Assembly (NCBI GenBank): GCA_041661685.1
Contig: JBAZTY010000003.1
Span: 135,550-183,520, forward strand
DNA length: 47,971 nt
From: Patescibacteria group bacterium
GTDB lineage: Bacteria; Patescibacteriota; Patescibacteriia; Patescibacteriales; UBA12465
Direction: 5' to 3'
The notes below the pieces were generated by a model, which worked only from the letters and a program-made list of their open reading frames with translations, was not told the origin of the DNA and did no database searches. Shown here one piece after another: positions 47,725-47,971 of the stretch. Position numbers and translations under genes: made by a program. Position 1 is the stretch's first letter; each line of letters opens with the position of its first letter.

Positions 47725-47971
47725 AAAATCAAACGACTTATTAGTACCGCTCCGCTCAACCCATTACTGGGCTTACACGTACGGCCTATCAAGGTTATAA
47801 TCTCTAACCAGTCTATGAAACCTAATCTTAGAGACAGCTTCGCACTTAGATGCTTTCAGCGCTTATCTTAACCGAAGGTAGCTACCCTGCAATGCCCTTG
47901 GTAGAACAGCAGGTACACTAGAGCTTCGTCCTTCCCGGTCCTCTCGTACTAAGGAAGGGCCTCTTCAAGTT
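47725..47971 (-). rRNA. rrl: 23S rRNA 3' end (partial)
   Basis: Minus strand contains the sarcin-ricin loop AGTACGAGAGGACC, GCTGAAAGCATCTAAG and GGTACTAATA. Confidence 0.97.

Noticed and set aside
1..47971. Alternative genetic code (UGA=Gly, as in Gracilibacteria/Absconditabacteria)
   Set aside because: Core genes are full length under code 11, and TGA terminates genes such as murI, GH57 and the SIS protein.

Overview
This is a gene-dense, core-chromosome window from a small-genome bacterium that uses the standard code (TGA is a stop). Gene content and style suggest Patescibacteria/CPR (Parcubacteria-like); this is inference from AT-rich starts mostly lacking a Shine-Dalgarno, no rimM beside rpsP-khpA-trmD, and a BspA/PG-binding surface protein. 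From left to right it holds: partial ftsK; a 7-gene minus-strand operon (yebC-ruvC-glgA-GH57-APH-fold kinase-polysaccharide pyruvyltransferase-CDF); SIS and LysM/M23 genes; tRNA-Ala with a divergent dGTPase-like gene; ddl, polA, murD-murI-holA; four tRNAs; an SGNH+AT3 pair; rpsT-rpsO-NYN-pnp; rpsP-khpA-trmD; a BspA LRR protein; infB-rbfA-nrnA; rny-hup; three tRNAs; adk; glmM, a truncated GlmU, endoQ, recA, pyrH; and 5S rRNA plus the 3' end of 23S rRNA. I saw no transposase, integrase, CRISPR array or reverse transcriptase. The most interesting unexplained signals are (1) a leaderless 29-codon uORF with a four-segment attenuator-like RNA upstream of an orphan 71-aa ORF, (2) a ~225-nt multibranch structured RNA in front of rny, (3) glycogen genes tightly linked to a pyruvyltransferase and a kinase, and (4) an atypical initiator tRNA. 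All structures were paired by eye, with no folding software or database searches.
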